In this document: positions 1-10,173 of the stretch, piece by piece | Layout of the letters: each line of letters begins with the position of its first letter | How positions within the stretch are numbered: the first letter of the stretch is position 1 | Virus record (IMG/VR): IMGVR_UViG_3300039183_000005 | Span: 104,333 to 168,332 of that record | Direction: 5' to 3' (one strand) | DNA length: 64,000 nt | Source: a virus | Made by a program: the position numbers and the translations under genes | Notes under the pieces: model-generated | Told to the model about the DNA's origin: nothing | The model's input: the letters and a program-made list of their open reading frames with translations, nothing else | The model's database searches: none

Positions 1-150
1 GCAATTATCGCCACCATGAACTGGACATGCCATTTGTAAATAGTCGTGTCGTTCCGTGTACTCTATTCCCATCGAGTCTAAAACTTCGGCTATTCGCTCA
101 CAAGCACGATCCTGAATAAAAGATACATCCGAAGACCTAAACCTTTTCAT
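1..150 (-). CDS. DNA primase, N-terminal zinc-binding domain (partial; runs off the window edge)
   Basis: Hand translation from ATG at 150 gives MKRFRSSDVSFIQDRACERIAEVLDSMGIEYTERHDYLQMACPVHGGDNC. CPxH is a CHC2-type motif, and the ORF overlaps the end of dnaB. Confidence 0.6.
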   Translation of the reverse strand, partial: MKRFRSSDVSFIQDRACERIAEVLDSMGIEYTERHDYLQMACPVHGGDNC

Positions 151-1579
151 TAACCTTATTCTCCAAGATGGATTGTGCAATTACAGAAAATGATTTGCCT
201 TCAGATAATTTTCCAATTTCAAGTTTGTCTATAATGTTGATATATTCTCCACTTTCCATACCAGCGCCAAATCGTGTATCTGTCACTACAAGTTTTTTGG
301 TTCCATTCGATGGTGGGTCTTCATTTAATTCTGTTTGGCTTTTTTTCTTTAAAATTGTAAAATTAGAACATAGCCATCCAATTCTATCTGATCCAGAAAC
401 TACCTCAGCACCTTCTTTTGCTACGCCATCACGATTCAATTGAACCGTAGCAAGAACTGGAAGTTTAAATTTTGTAGCAAAATTATGTAAAGCTGTTATT
501 AAAAAACCCAGCAATTGATATTCTTGTAAATTATTTTTAAACCCACTAGCATCCATTAGTTTCAAATAATCATAGATAATCAAACATGGTTTTGCTGCGC
601 CACTATTAGTAAATCCAACGGTTTTAGACAACCATCTTCTGGCTATGGACATGATAGAATGTGGAGCCAAACCCGCTACTGAGAAATGATCTATGGATAA
701 ACTTTCTATATGTTTTTGGCATCCCCATATGGCTTCTGATTCATGTTCGTTGTGTTTAAATTGACCAGTTTCTACATGATGTAAATCCACACCAGAAACC
801 AAGGAAGACAATCTATGCAATTGTGTGTCACTGGTAAGCTCTGTATCCAAATATAATACGGGTATTCCATTTTCTGCCATATTACGGGCCACATTAATGC
901 AAAAAAACGACTTCCCAGCCTTTTGCCTCGCGCCAACCACATTAACTGTAGCTGGCCTAAAACCCCCACCTATTGCAATATCCCATGCAGGAAATCCAGT
1001 TGGTAAACCAATAATATCTTTTGGTGTTTCAGATAGAGCCGTCATCACATTACCGAATTTTTTGCCAAGAGATATAATAGCTGCATCTTGATTCATTATT
1101 TGACCAGTGAATTCAAATACCGGTTCTTCTATTTGAGCGATAATATCATCTATATTTTCTACACCAGTTATTTTTTTTAAATTAGATTGAATTGTTGCCG
1201 CAGCTAAATATCCACGTCTGGCTAGAGAAAGTTTGTATACTGCTACAACTAATGATCGGATATTATCTTTATATGATCCGACTTCTTCAACTATAGCATC
1301 TAAGTATTCCGAATATTTACCATCATTGGCAAAATTATCATATCCCAAAATTTTTGCCGCAGCCCGAATACTTGGAACATCAAAAGTTTTAGTATCTTCT
1401 TCATGAACCAAATAAGAAATAATGCTAAATAATTCCTGATTATATTTCCAATAAAAATCTTTAACACCTATTATGTCTTCGACTTCGAAGAAGCAGTCAG
1501 CACCATACGTAGTAATACCAGCGAGTATCGCTCGTTCCATGCCTGAATCTTGCAATATGGCGTTGGATTTATTTCCCAT
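137..1579 (-). CDS. dnaB: Replicative DNA helicase (DnaB family)
   Basis: N-terminal ERAILA; GLPTGFPAWD..IGGG; Walker A GARQKAGKS; IIYDYLKLM; VQLNR motifs. Confidence 0.93.
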   Translation of the reverse strand: MGNKSNAILQDSGMERAILAGITTYGADCFFEVEDIIGVKDFYWKYNQELFSIISYLVHEEDTKTFDVPSIRAAAKILGYDNFANDGKYSEYLDAIVEEVGSYKDNIRSLVVAVYKLSLARRGYLAAATIQSNLKKITGVENIDDIIAQIEEPVFEFTGQIMNQDAAIISLGKKFGNVMTALSETPKDIIGLPTGFPAWDIAIGGGFRPATVNVVGARQKAGKSFFCINVARNMAENGIPVLYLDTELTSDTQLHRLSSLVSGVDLHHVETGQFKHNEHESEAIWGCQKHIESLSIDHFSVAGLAPHSIMSIARRWLSKTVGFTNSGAAKPCLIIYDYLKLMDASGFKNNLQEYQLLGFLITALHNFATKFKLPVLATVQLNRDGVAKEGAEVVSGSDRIGWLCSNFTILKKKSQTELNEDPPSNGTKKLVVTDTRFGAGMESGEYINIIDKLEIGKLSEGKSFSVIAQSILENKVNEKV

Positions 1580-2181
1580 TAACCTAATTTACTTCTTTTA
1601 CCACGAAGACATTTTGAACACTTTTGACCCATTTCACCATCTGGTCTGTCGGATTCAAATATTTCTTCACACTCATTACATTTAACCTTATAGGTTTCCA
1701 TCGACCTTCGTTTGAGTTTCAATTTATTTTTCTTGGCTTTTTCTGCTTTAATTTTATTGTGTTCTACCTCTTCTGAACTTGGATTGTTTGTAATAAACCT
1801 AACACCATCGGTTTTCTTTTGTATTACTGTCTTTTTATTATCATCAAGTTGAAGAGTTGAATCGTTTGCGTCTAAAATAATTTCCTTCTTTATTTTTTTC
1901 TTCCCACTCGTTTTGGGCCGACCGCGTTTTTTTCTTTTTGGTTGTTTAGGTTCTACAATTATTGAGTGTACAATGGTTTCTTCTGTCGGTAAAGCTTCAG
2001 AAGCTATATTAACAATTTGCTGTAAAACATTATGTAACTGCTGTGTTTGATTAGATTGCTCAGAGTATAACTGTTCTGCCGGTAACGACAAAGCTATCCC
2101 GGTTAATCGTTCATAACCTTTACAAACAGTTTCCCAATTACCTTGACGTATACCTTCTGCAATATATTCAATTGGACTCAT
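1579..2181 (-). CDS. Hypothetical protein with a basic KKRGRPK patch and a C-terminal zinc ribbon
   Basis: 200 aa; CNEC...CSKC; abuts the dnaB start. Confidence 0.55.
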   Translation of the reverse strand: MSPIEYIAEGIRQGNWETVCKGYERLTGIALSLPAEQLYSEQSNQTQQLHNVLQQIVNIASEALPTEETIVHSIIVEPKQPKRKKRGRPKTSGKKKIKKEIILDANDSTLQLDDNKKTVIQKKTDGVRFITNNPSSEEVEHNKIKAEKAKKNKLKLKRRSMETYKVKCNECEEIFESDRPDGEMGQKCSKCLRGKRSKLG

Positions 2182-2597
2182 CGATTGTTTCCTTCATTAT
2201 ATCTGGCCCTTATTAGACTGCCAATACTTTGTCCTATCAGTTCTATCCTACGAGCTAAATATGCTATACGTTCTATCCTTAATTCCGCCAATCGCACCCA
2301 TTGATTTAATTTTGGACGATCATCTCCGAACAGGCGATTTATCACTTGATTCGACCATTTTATAAATGTCTGACATTCATTGGCTTTTTGTTGTATAAAC
2401 AACGCATATTGTGCTAAAATAACTGTATCTTCTGATAATTGTATAGACGATCGTTCTCTAAGTTTTTCTCTCGTAAATTCTAAAATAGTTTCTACTTCTG
2501 TGCTGGATGGCCGATATTGTGGCAATCCCAGAGATTTAATCCATTCATCAATTTGATCTCGATATTTTTTTTTCTCATCGATTAAACTACTCATCAT
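2178..2597 (-). CDS. Hypothetical helical protein
   Basis: 139-aa ORF overlapping both neighbours. Confidence 0.5.
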   Translation of the reverse strand: MMSSLIDEKKKYRDQIDEWIKSLGLPQYRPSSTEVETILEFTREKLRERSSIQLSEDTVILAQYALFIQQKANECQTFIKWSNQVINRLFGDDRPKLNQWVRLAELRIERIAYLARRIELIGQSIGSLIRARYNEGNNR

Positions 2598-2946
2598 AAA
2601 TCTCTATAAGTTTAAATCCATTAAGATTACACCAGTCACGTTTTTTTTGATCAATATCTTGTTGGCGATGAAAATCTTGTTTGGTTGCATGAAAATGTTT
2701 AATATGTTTAGTGTGTTGTCTACCATGACATTCTATTATCAAATTAATGGATGGTATAAAAAAATCAAGAATAAAATTATCTCCAGGAATTATTACCTCT
2801 TCGTAAATCATATCATGAGGATATTGAGACATTAATTGTTGGCCAATATTATGTTGAAATTTTGATTTTGATTTTTCTCTTGTGCGAATAAGCTTATTTT
2901 TCAAACGTAATCTGACTGTTCCCCCGTTTAATAATTTTACTTCCAT
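2587..2946 (-). CDS. Vsr/DUF559-like endonuclease
   Basis: LDFFIP..LIIECHGRQH..D..K..WC..NGFKLIEI pattern. Confidence 0.7.
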   Translation of the reverse strand: MEVKLLNGGTVRLRLKNKLIRTREKSKSKFQHNIGQQLMSQYPHDMIYEEVIIPGDNFILDFFIPSINLIIECHGRQHTKHIKHFHATKQDFHRQQDIDQKKRDWCNLNGFKLIEIYDE

Positions 2947-2948
2947 AG

Positions 2949-3503
2949 TTACACTGCGATATCTTTATCATTAAATTTAGTCATCAAACCTATCATACCA
3001 TTATACAAAACACATTCTATCCCGGCTTCATACATCATTTTCCATGCATATCTTATTGATTCTACCCAAGTATTATGCGATGATGCTATAGCCATAAGTT
3101 GAGCATGGCCCACCACTCGTCTAATTCCAGCTTCTATAATAGCTTTAGCGCATTCCGAACACGCATAAAATGGGCAATACAAAATGGCATTATTGGTCGA
3201 TTTGCCATGGCGAGCCGCGTTGAATATAGCGCCATTTTCTGCATGTATTATCGTTTGTAATTTTATTGATCTATTATCGAGACGAGATATTGTTTCTTTT
3301 ACGCCGATAGGAAATTTGTTTGTTGAATATGTAATAATTTTATTATTTGATCCTACTAATATTGCTCCATTTTTTGTTCTTGGATCAGGACTCATAGCAT
3401 TACCGTGTGTATATGCAAGACGCAAAAAGTGTCCATCATCGCTCCTAGTGCTAACAGCGAATGGTGTCTGTAACCAGTTGAGTTGTTCCATGAGATTGTC
3501 CAT
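2949..3503 (-). CDS. dCMP deaminase
   Basis: HAE and CSEC zinc motifs; SPDPRTKNGAILV; AGIRRVV. Confidence 0.88.
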   Translation of the reverse strand: MDNLMEQLNWLQTPFAVSTRSDDGHFLRLAYTHGNAMSPDPRTKNGAILVGSNNKIITYSTNKFPIGVKETISRLDNRSIKLQTIIHAENGAIFNAARHGKSTNNAILYCPFYACSECAKAIIEAGIRRVVGHAQLMAIASSHNTWVESIRYAWKMMYEAGIECVLYNGMIGLMTKFNDKDIAV

Positions 3504-3516
3504 TTTATTTTCCTTA

Positions 3517-4560
3517 TTATTGTGAAAATATTGTATTTCTTATTTCTGTCTCTATTATTTTTAGTTCATTGTGTTTACTTTCTTTTAGAAAATTAGAAAG
3601 TTTAGCTAATCCGTGAAACTTAGGACAACTTTTCCCATTGTCAGACGCAAGCATAGGAATAGAATACCATGCACCGGCTTTTTCAATTAATCCAAGATTT
3701 TCTGCTACCGTTATAACATCTCTTATAACATCGATACCGCTACCATATCTGAGGGGTAATATACATGGTAAGAATGGTCGTCCTAACGCGGATGATTGAA
3801 TTGTAATATGCATATCATGACCGTCTGGAGCATTAGTTTCTTCATTCCGCTCCCATTGTTGTGCCCATGTCACTTTTAGCCAAACAGAACATGCATATTG
3901 AATAGCAACTCCACCCTTTTCTATATATTTTGGACCACGAGGTTCTCTATTTGTCATCATCTGTGATATAAAAATAAGTATTATATTATTTGCATCTACG
4001 ATCTGTTGTGCTCGACGAAAAAATGCTGATAGTAATTTCGCTGGTCCAGCCATATCTTTATTTGATCCGATTTGTTCTTCTTGTTCTGTCATCGTTGAAA
4101 GTGCAGCAAGACTATCAACAACTATAACAGCTTTTTTTTGAGTTTTCACAATGCGCTCTATAATATTAAGATAATCTTCTGCTGTAAGTGGTTTATCTAT
4201 CTGATGTGGAACTACCTGCAATTTATGCTGATTAAGTCCCTGAATAGTTGACAACAGTGATGGTGTACATCTCTTTTCAGCATTAATATAAAATGTTGGA
4301 CGATTGAGAATTTGTGCATTTCTAAGCAACTCTAAACAAAGAGTAGTTTTGCCGATTTTTTGTTTACCGGTGATAAGACATATAGTTCCATCGGGAATAC
4401 CGCCGTTTAATGCAATATCCAAAGAAAGCGGAGTATTTAAAACCTCTTTAGTTCTTGGTGGCATGGCCTTATCTGCCGTTGCAATAATACCTTCTCCATA
4501 CATTCTCTTTAGAAAATCATCAAGAGATTCCTCGATAACTTTAGATTTACCTTTAGCCAT
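3517..4560 (-). CDS. recA: RecA/UvsX-like recombinase
   Basis: SLDIALNGGIP; Walker A GKQKIGKTT; VVDSLAAL; IFISQ; GLIEKAGAWY. Confidence 0.92.
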   Translation of the reverse strand: MAKGKSKVIEESLDDFLKRMYGEGIIATADKAMPPRTKEVLNTPLSLDIALNGGIPDGTICLITGKQKIGKTTLCLELLRNAQILNRPTFYINAEKRCTPSLLSTIQGLNQHKLQVVPHQIDKPLTAEDYLNIIERIVKTQKKAVIVVDSLAALSTMTEQEEQIGSNKDMAGPAKLLSAFFRRAQQIVDANNIILIFISQMMTNREPRGPKYIEKGGVAIQYACSVWLKVTWAQQWERNEETNAPDGHDMHITIQSSALGRPFLPCILPLRYGSGIDVIRDVITVAENLGLIEKAGAWYSIPMLASDNGKSCPKFHGLAKLSNFLKESKHNELKIIETEIRNTIFSQ

Positions 4561-6394
4561 TTTCCGCTTCTCTCAATTTTGTTAACACATTTTTTTCACC
4601 AGTATCTACGAAAGTGGCATTTTTCTTTTGATCAATTTCTTTATGTGGTGATTTTTGAGCCAATGTCGTTCGTTGTTCGTTTAATTGTCCTATCCTAATA
4701 TTTGTAAGTCTAATAACTTTGTTTATTGTTTTTTTGGAAACAAGTGCTTTTATGTTATATTCTTTTATAATTTGAATTAATGCTGTTCTAGTAATAATAT
4801 CAGTAAAATCTAATGATTTATTAAGATTCGATATTCCACGTATTTCTCGCTTATATTTAGGTGCCCAATATTTTTTGTCTGACCAAAATCTAGCGCTAAT
4901 TCTTGGGTTTGTATTGAGACATACCAATTCTATGATATAATTGCGAAATGTAACGTATAACCCAGGTGTAGTTGGGGAAGCATATTGATGTTTATCGTCT
5001 TTAGATTGATTTCGTACTGCCACTAAAGATTCCGTATTAAAAAGAAGCCTGAATTAGAAACTGTACGATCTTCGGTAAACGAATGATCAAAGCTAGGCTG
5101 TCGATACCAAGCGACATTAACCTTTTGCCCATCATAATAACCTATGCCTAAATATTCGTGCTGTGCGCCATTCCAGATAGCATATCTTTTTCGACCAAAA
5201 AAATACCCCTTTTGATTAGGTGGCATTGTAATGTTTACACCGTTAGGTGCCTGAAGTCTCAGTTCTGTAATAGCAATACTCGGATTATCTTTTATCCATT
5301 CGGCGAGTCTCGCCCAAGCGTGCCTTTGGTTTGGACGATTATCCTGAATTACTGTCCGACCATTTGACAAAGAGGCTAAAAATCGTATCTTAGGTGTATA
5401 AGGTACGACAGCAAATGATAACTTATTGTCATTTATAGTATTATCCATCTTTGTTTTGTCCATATGGTGAACGACCCAATTGTTCATCTGCCCTTGCTGA
5501 TTCTGGAGATGTCATGGCGTGAACACCTTTGCCAATATTTAACCCCTTACGACCGTCTGGTGGCTTAATACACATGACACTATCACTCATAGGATTAGAT
5601 TTCGACGGACCTTTTGAATCCTTTTCTGTGGTTGCACTGGAGACAAAAGTCTCAAATTTGGCCACTGCTTTGTCAATAAAAGCCTGTCTTGTCTTTGCCG
5701 TCTTGCGGCCAAGATTTACGGTCGAATTTTCCAAAAATTTTAAAAAATCTTCTTTAAATTCATCGAATGTCATTTCTAAATCTCCTTTGTGCTAAGATAT
5801 ATGGGGTTCTATTCCGACTTCTCAAAAATGCCGTATACTGTTGATAACACTCATGGCTACATGTCCTAAGCTTCCAAAACATTCCACCACGTTCCCTATC
5901 TCGTTTATGTAAATTACTATTTGTTTCTAGCGGATCAAATAGGTCTCCATCATTAGAAGCTAAAACTAAAAATCTAGTCCCAGATCGCTTAGCCAAAATA
6001 TCAAAATTTTGTTTCGCATTTTTTGCAATCTCATGTGGTGTACCATTGATGTCAACAACAATTATTTTCACTTATTCCACGCCTTAAATAAAACATCTGC
6101 TTCTGGAGCATCAATATCATTATCTAGGATATCAAATCCCATTTGATCACTAGGCGCACCTGGATGAAATTGTCCAGGAATTTGTTTTACATATGAAAAG
6201 CCATTACATTCACAGCACTTTACTGCCACACGTGTTAAGACTTCCGTTTTATTACTCCCGTCAACGGTGGTTAACTGAAGTACTAAAAGTCTTTTCCCAC
6301 AGTCGGCACAATCAAAATCAATTAAACCTCTACTTTGTAATCCTTTAAGTTGCTTATCATCTCCGTTAACTTGATTTGTTCGAATCTCTGCCAT
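4553..6394 (-). other. Five tightly packed hypothetical genes (4553-5023, 5023-5487, 5441-5773, 5760-6071, 6068-6394; the last has two CxxC pairs)
   Basis: Overlapping start and stop codons on the coding strand; no family recognised. Confidence 0.6.
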
Positions 6395-6708
6395 TAATCT
6401 ATTTCTCCATATTCTATATATTTTTTCGGATTTTTCAGCACACTCTTATTTATTGGTCCATCTCGCCAAAATGGTTTTTCATTCTTGTTTTTCCCCTCGC
6501 TTAGTCTATCGAGTTTCTTTTTATTACTTCTACCTCCGTGACACGGTGTCTCGGTCCCTTTAATAATTACAGCACCACCAATACCTATTAATTTTATTAA
6601 TTCATGTCTATGACAATCTGGACATTCAATCAATGGTTCGGCGGACATAGCGTGAAATGTCTCAAACGTGTAACCGCAAGCTTTACATTCGTACTCATAG
6701 GTTGGCAT
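6394..6708 (-). CDS. FmdB-family zinc ribbon protein
   Basis: MPTYEYECKACG..FE...M...P...CPDC signature. Confidence 0.85.
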   Translation of the reverse strand: MPTYEYECKACGYTFETFHAMSAEPLIECPDCHRHELIKLIGIGGAVIIKGTETPCHGGRSNKKKLDRLSEGKNKNEKPFWRDGPINKSVLKNPKKYIEYGEID

Positions 6709-6713
6709 GTATT

Positions 6714-6740
6714 ATTATACCTCCAAATAACTATTTTGTT
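6714..6740 (-). promoter_or_regulatory. Putative phage-specific promoter AACAAA-N15-TATAAT
   Basis: Minus strand AACAAA ATAGTTATTTGGAGG TATAAT, 5 nt upstream of the ATG at 6708. The same spacing recurs at 16383, 33068 and 33641. Confidence 0.7.
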
Positions 6741-6792
6741 TCATAAAAATCTTTTTTTTATAAAAATAGCATGACACACAAGGTATGGATTG

Positions 6793-7215
6793 TCATCGTC
6801 GTTTTTTTGAACATTTTCCACTTTTTCTATTAAATACTTCGTTTACTAAAGCATCTGCGCATTTGTTTTCTCGTCGTGGAACCCATTTGATTGTGTGGTC
6901 TTCGAATTGTTCTAACAGTTCTAGCACACAATCTCTGTGTTTTATAAGTTCTGGTTTATTGGTTTTAAAAGCCATGGTAACTTGTTTTATTACCAATTGA
7001 CTATCGCCAATAATATGAACGATATCTACTCCAGCTTTTAAACATCCTCGTAGGCCAGCAATAAGGGCTCTGTATTCGCTAACATTTGATGATCCAGTCC
7101 CACATGTTTTATTCCCCGATGCTATAACTTCTCGATCATCTATTGACGTTAAAATCCAGCCATATACCATTTGCCCTCGCCTAACACCTCCGTCAAAATG
7201 TAAAATACATTCCAA
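6793..7215 (-). CDS. rnhA: Ribonuclease HI
   Basis: FDGG; SNVSEYRAL; GDSQLVIKQV; WVPRRENKCADAL. Confidence 0.9.
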   Translation of the reverse strand: MECILHFDGGVRRGQMVYGWILTSIDDREVIASGNKTCGTGSSNVSEYRALIAGLRGCLKAGVDIVHIIGDSQLVIKQVTMAFKTNKPELIKHRDCVLELLEQFEDHTIKWVPRRENKCADALVNEVFNRKSGKCSKKRR

Positions 7216-7228
7216 TACAATTTACCTT

Positions 7229-7369
7229 TCATTTGAGTAATTTACTTGATGCTATTGTTTCATTTCCGCAATCACATTTACAAAGCCATAGAATTCTTTT
7301 ATCTTTGTTCTTTCCATGTGCCTTGATAGCAGTCAACCTGCCAAACTTTTTTTCTGTTAAATCTATCAA
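7229..7369 (-). pseudogene. Truncated remnant of an HNH homing-endonuclease N-terminus
   Basis: LIDLTEKKFGRLTAIK...WLCKCDCGNE..* (46 aa) matches the N-terminus of 20727-21374 but has no nuclease domain. Confidence 0.7.
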
Positions 7370-8319
7370 AACGGAGTCTCCCCATCTTCAACTTCAGTTT
7401 TCGCGCCACTACACATATCTTTGAAGAAACATCTTTCACATGCATGTTCGTTATCTGTTTTGGAAAAATAATCCGGATTATCTTTGTTTTCAAATGCTTC
7501 TTTAAGGAGTGGATATTCACTACGTATGATACCAGCTTGTCTTTTTATGTGTTGCATGGTTACATTAAGGTGTGGTGCCGCCCGTTCCCCAAGCTCTGCA
7601 TATGCGGCTAGATATACTGGAATGATTATAATATCTTCTGGCTTTTTCGCCCATCCTTGTTTGAGTGCATACATACTATATGTCGTTAATTGATCTATTG
7701 CACTATCGCTGACACGACCGGTTTTCCAATCTAAAAGATATACTTTTCCACGATACCGAAATCCACAGTCAATTTTTACACTTACTTCTTCACCTGTGTT
7801 TAATTGGAATTTTTGGAAGTCCTCAAGAGTCAGCCAATCATCCTTATCTAGACTCTGTAAAATTTCGAACAACGGTATATTATAGAACGCTTTTATGGAC
7901 GCCAGAACTTTATGTTTGTAGCTATCTAGGCGGTCTTTGGAAATTTCTTCTTGATAGAAATGTTCTGCTAGGTTAACATTTTGCTTTGGACTACTATGCC
8001 ATCTCTTATCTTTTGACTGCTTCCAACCTTTACGAAGTGCTTGGATACCATCGTGTTGTGCTTGCTCAAGCGTTCTCCATTTTCCCGTTTGACGACCAGT
8101 TGTAATGATGCCTTCAATAATATTGTGAACTACGGAGCCGACGAACATTGGAAGATTGGTCATGTTTTTTAGCATATATGCTCGACGTTTTTCTTGCGGT
8201 GCGTTAGTTAACCACCCATTCCACGCAACGTGATACGTTAGATGATATCTCCATAAACATTCGCGGAGACATCTCACTCTTGATTCACTCCATGCATATG
8301 TTTGTTCTATTTTACTCAT
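7366..8319 (-). CDS. PD-(D/E)XK (Cas4/RecB-like) nuclease
   Basis: WSESR..C; GSVVH; KIDCGF..LLDWKTG; QLTTY; C-terminal CERCFFKDMC. Confidence 0.85.
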   Translation of the reverse strand: MSKIEQTYAWSESRVRCLRECLWRYHLTYHVAWNGWLTNAPQEKRRAYMLKNMTNLPMFVGSVVHNIIEGIITTGRQTGKWRTLEQAQHDGIQALRKGWKQSKDKRWHSSPKQNVNLAEHFYQEEISKDRLDSYKHKVLASIKAFYNIPLFEILQSLDKDDWLTLEDFQKFQLNTGEEVSVKIDCGFRYRGKVYLLDWKTGRVSDSAIDQLTTYSMYALKQGWAKKPEDIIIIPVYLAAYAELGERAAPHLNVTMQHIKRQAGIIRSEYPLLKEAFENKDNPDYFSKTDNEHACERCFFKDMCSGAKTEVEDGETPF

Positions 8320-8441
8320 TATCTTAACTTTCTATCGACAATATTTGCATTTAACAGTTCTATTCTCTCCACAAGTGGCCTGAGCACAACTAGCTTCATC
8401 GTCTACTATTCGCATAGATCACATTTACAAATTTTCATTTT

Positions 8442-8945
8442 TTATCCTTTGCAATATCGCCACGATCTTCCACATTTAATATCGGAGATAGTCATTCGAG
8501 CAACACCAAAAATATCAGCAATTTGTCTCTGTAATAAATTGCCTTTTAGCAATAATTCTTTTATTTGCATAACTTGTTTTGTTGTTAATTTTGATTTTCC
8601 ATTTCTTTGACCCCTATTTGTTCTCTTGTGTCGTATTTTATCTCGCTCATTATCACGGCGTGTTCCCCAAGTTAAATTATCGACATAATTATTTTGCTTA
8701 TCTCCGTCCAAATGTCGTACTTCATAATTGGCTGTTGGTGGGAAGCCGATAAAAGCAAAAGCTACTAAACGGTGTATTCTACAATATTTTCTGTTGTTAT
8801 TAGCTCTTAGGTCTACTAAACAATATCCGTTTGATATACGCGGTTTTAATATTTTTCCAGTTTGTATCCTTTTCACATGACCGATATTAGATACTTCATA
8901 ATAATTTTCGTATCCAATGATTGGTTTCCAAATTTCTCTATTCAT
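8442..8945 (-). CDS. NUMOD4-HNH homing endonuclease
   Basis: EIWKPIIGYENYYEVSNIG; HRLVAFAF; HLDGDKQNN..NL; C-terminal HTH. Confidence 0.88.
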   Translation of the reverse strand: MNREIWKPIIGYENYYEVSNIGHVKRIQTGKILKPRISNGYCLVDLRANNNRKYCRIHRLVAFAFIGFPPTANYEVRHLDGDKQNNYVDNLTWGTRRDNERDKIRHKRTNRGQRNGKSKLTTKQVMQIKELLLKGNLLQRQIADIFGVARMTISDIKCGRSWRYCKG

Positions 8946-8975
8946 TCAATATCTACCAATATGTAATTTTATTAA

Positions 8976-10163
8976 CTAGTCAACCCAAATTGGTGCTTCT
9001 ACAGTTTTCCCGTGTTTAGGATGTACCAAGAAAAATGTTTGTTGCGGTTTTTCAAACGGCGCTTTTATATTGATACTATATGGTCCATATCCGATAATAG
9101 ACCCATTCCCAACGAAATTCTTGGCAGACAATCTTTGATGCCAATGGCCAAAAACGTCGATATCTGCTTTCCTACCCTTGTTCCATTCCGCAATGGCCTT
9201 ATTGAGTGGAATGGTAATTCCTCCAACACCACCAGCATAACGAATATAATTACCATGATGAAACCTTAAATTATATCCATACACATTGAGGTAATTAAAA
9301 TATCCTCTAGATAACTTAAATTCTACAGTATCAGATTGTTCATAATGAGACATGAGGAAGTTATATATCAACCATTCAAAACTGTTTTCTACGCTGGTTG
9401 AAATTCTGATTTTTTTCGTTGTCCTACCATGATTTCCAATACTTGTAACTATAATTATCTTTTTAAAGCCACCATGTTCCACTAGAAAATTTATAGCAGA
9501 AATACACATTTTATAAACACCGATACTGGCTTCAACGGGAGATAGTGCGTTGCCCTCTATCAAATCTTCGTGGATATAACCACTAATTAAATCTCCACCA
9601 AGCCATAAAACTAAAGTATTAATATCTGACTTGCTTCTGCACATTTCAATTAGTTTTAGTCCATTCGTAAAAATATTATTGAATCTTTTTCCAGCTATTT
9701 CAATATTATATTCATTCAAGCCGTCTACCGTTTTCGGATCGACAGTTTCTTCGTAGTGTAAGTCTGAACAACATAATACTGCGGTTGATTCTGATGATTT
9801 GCCATTTCTTACCACTTTGATTTCTTTGTGATTAATAAATTCCATATTTCTGCTGAACAAATCCATAGCACTAAGTCGTTGTTTCTGAGTGTCGAATATT
9901 CTTAAAAGTTCATCATATTTTCTTTGAAGTTCTCTTTTTTCTTTTGCTATAGATTTTAATTTAGAATCTAATCCAATTTGTTGGTCTGAAGACAACAATG
10001 GTGCTCCTGACACATATCCTTTGTCGATAGCTTTGTGATATCTGCCGCTTAGCGTTTTCCTTGCAATCCCAGTTTGCTTAGCCGCTTCTGTAATTGACCC
10101 GTATTTAGCAACCGCATCTACGGCTTCTTGCAAAATAATACGTTCACTATTCATCTGCATCAA
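8976..10163 (-). CDS. Calcineurin-like metallophosphoesterase with N-terminal HTH and coiled coil
   Basis: SDLH, GGDLISG, GNHGR, HHG, GHWH motifs. Confidence 0.8.
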   Translation of the reverse strand: MMQMNSERIILQEAVDAVAKYGSITEAAKQTGIARKTLSGRYHKAIDKGYVSGAPLLSSDQQIGLDSKLKSIAKEKRELQRKYDELLRIFDTQKQRLSAMDLFSRNMEFINHKEIKVVRNGKSSESTAVLCCSDLHYEETVDPKTVDGLNEYNIEIAGKRFNNIFTNGLKLIEMCRSKSDINTLVLWLGGDLISGYIHEDLIEGNALSPVEASIGVYKMCISAINFLVEHGGFKKIIIVTSIGNHGRTTKKIRISTSVENSFEWLIYNFLMSHYEQSDTVEFKLSRGYFNYLNVYGYNLRFHHGNYIRYAGGVGGITIPLNKAIAEWNKGRKADIDVFGHWHQRLSAKNFVGNGSIIGYGPYSINIKAPFEKPQQTFFLVHPKHGKTVEAPIWVD

Positions 10164-10173
10164 CGCCTTTCTT

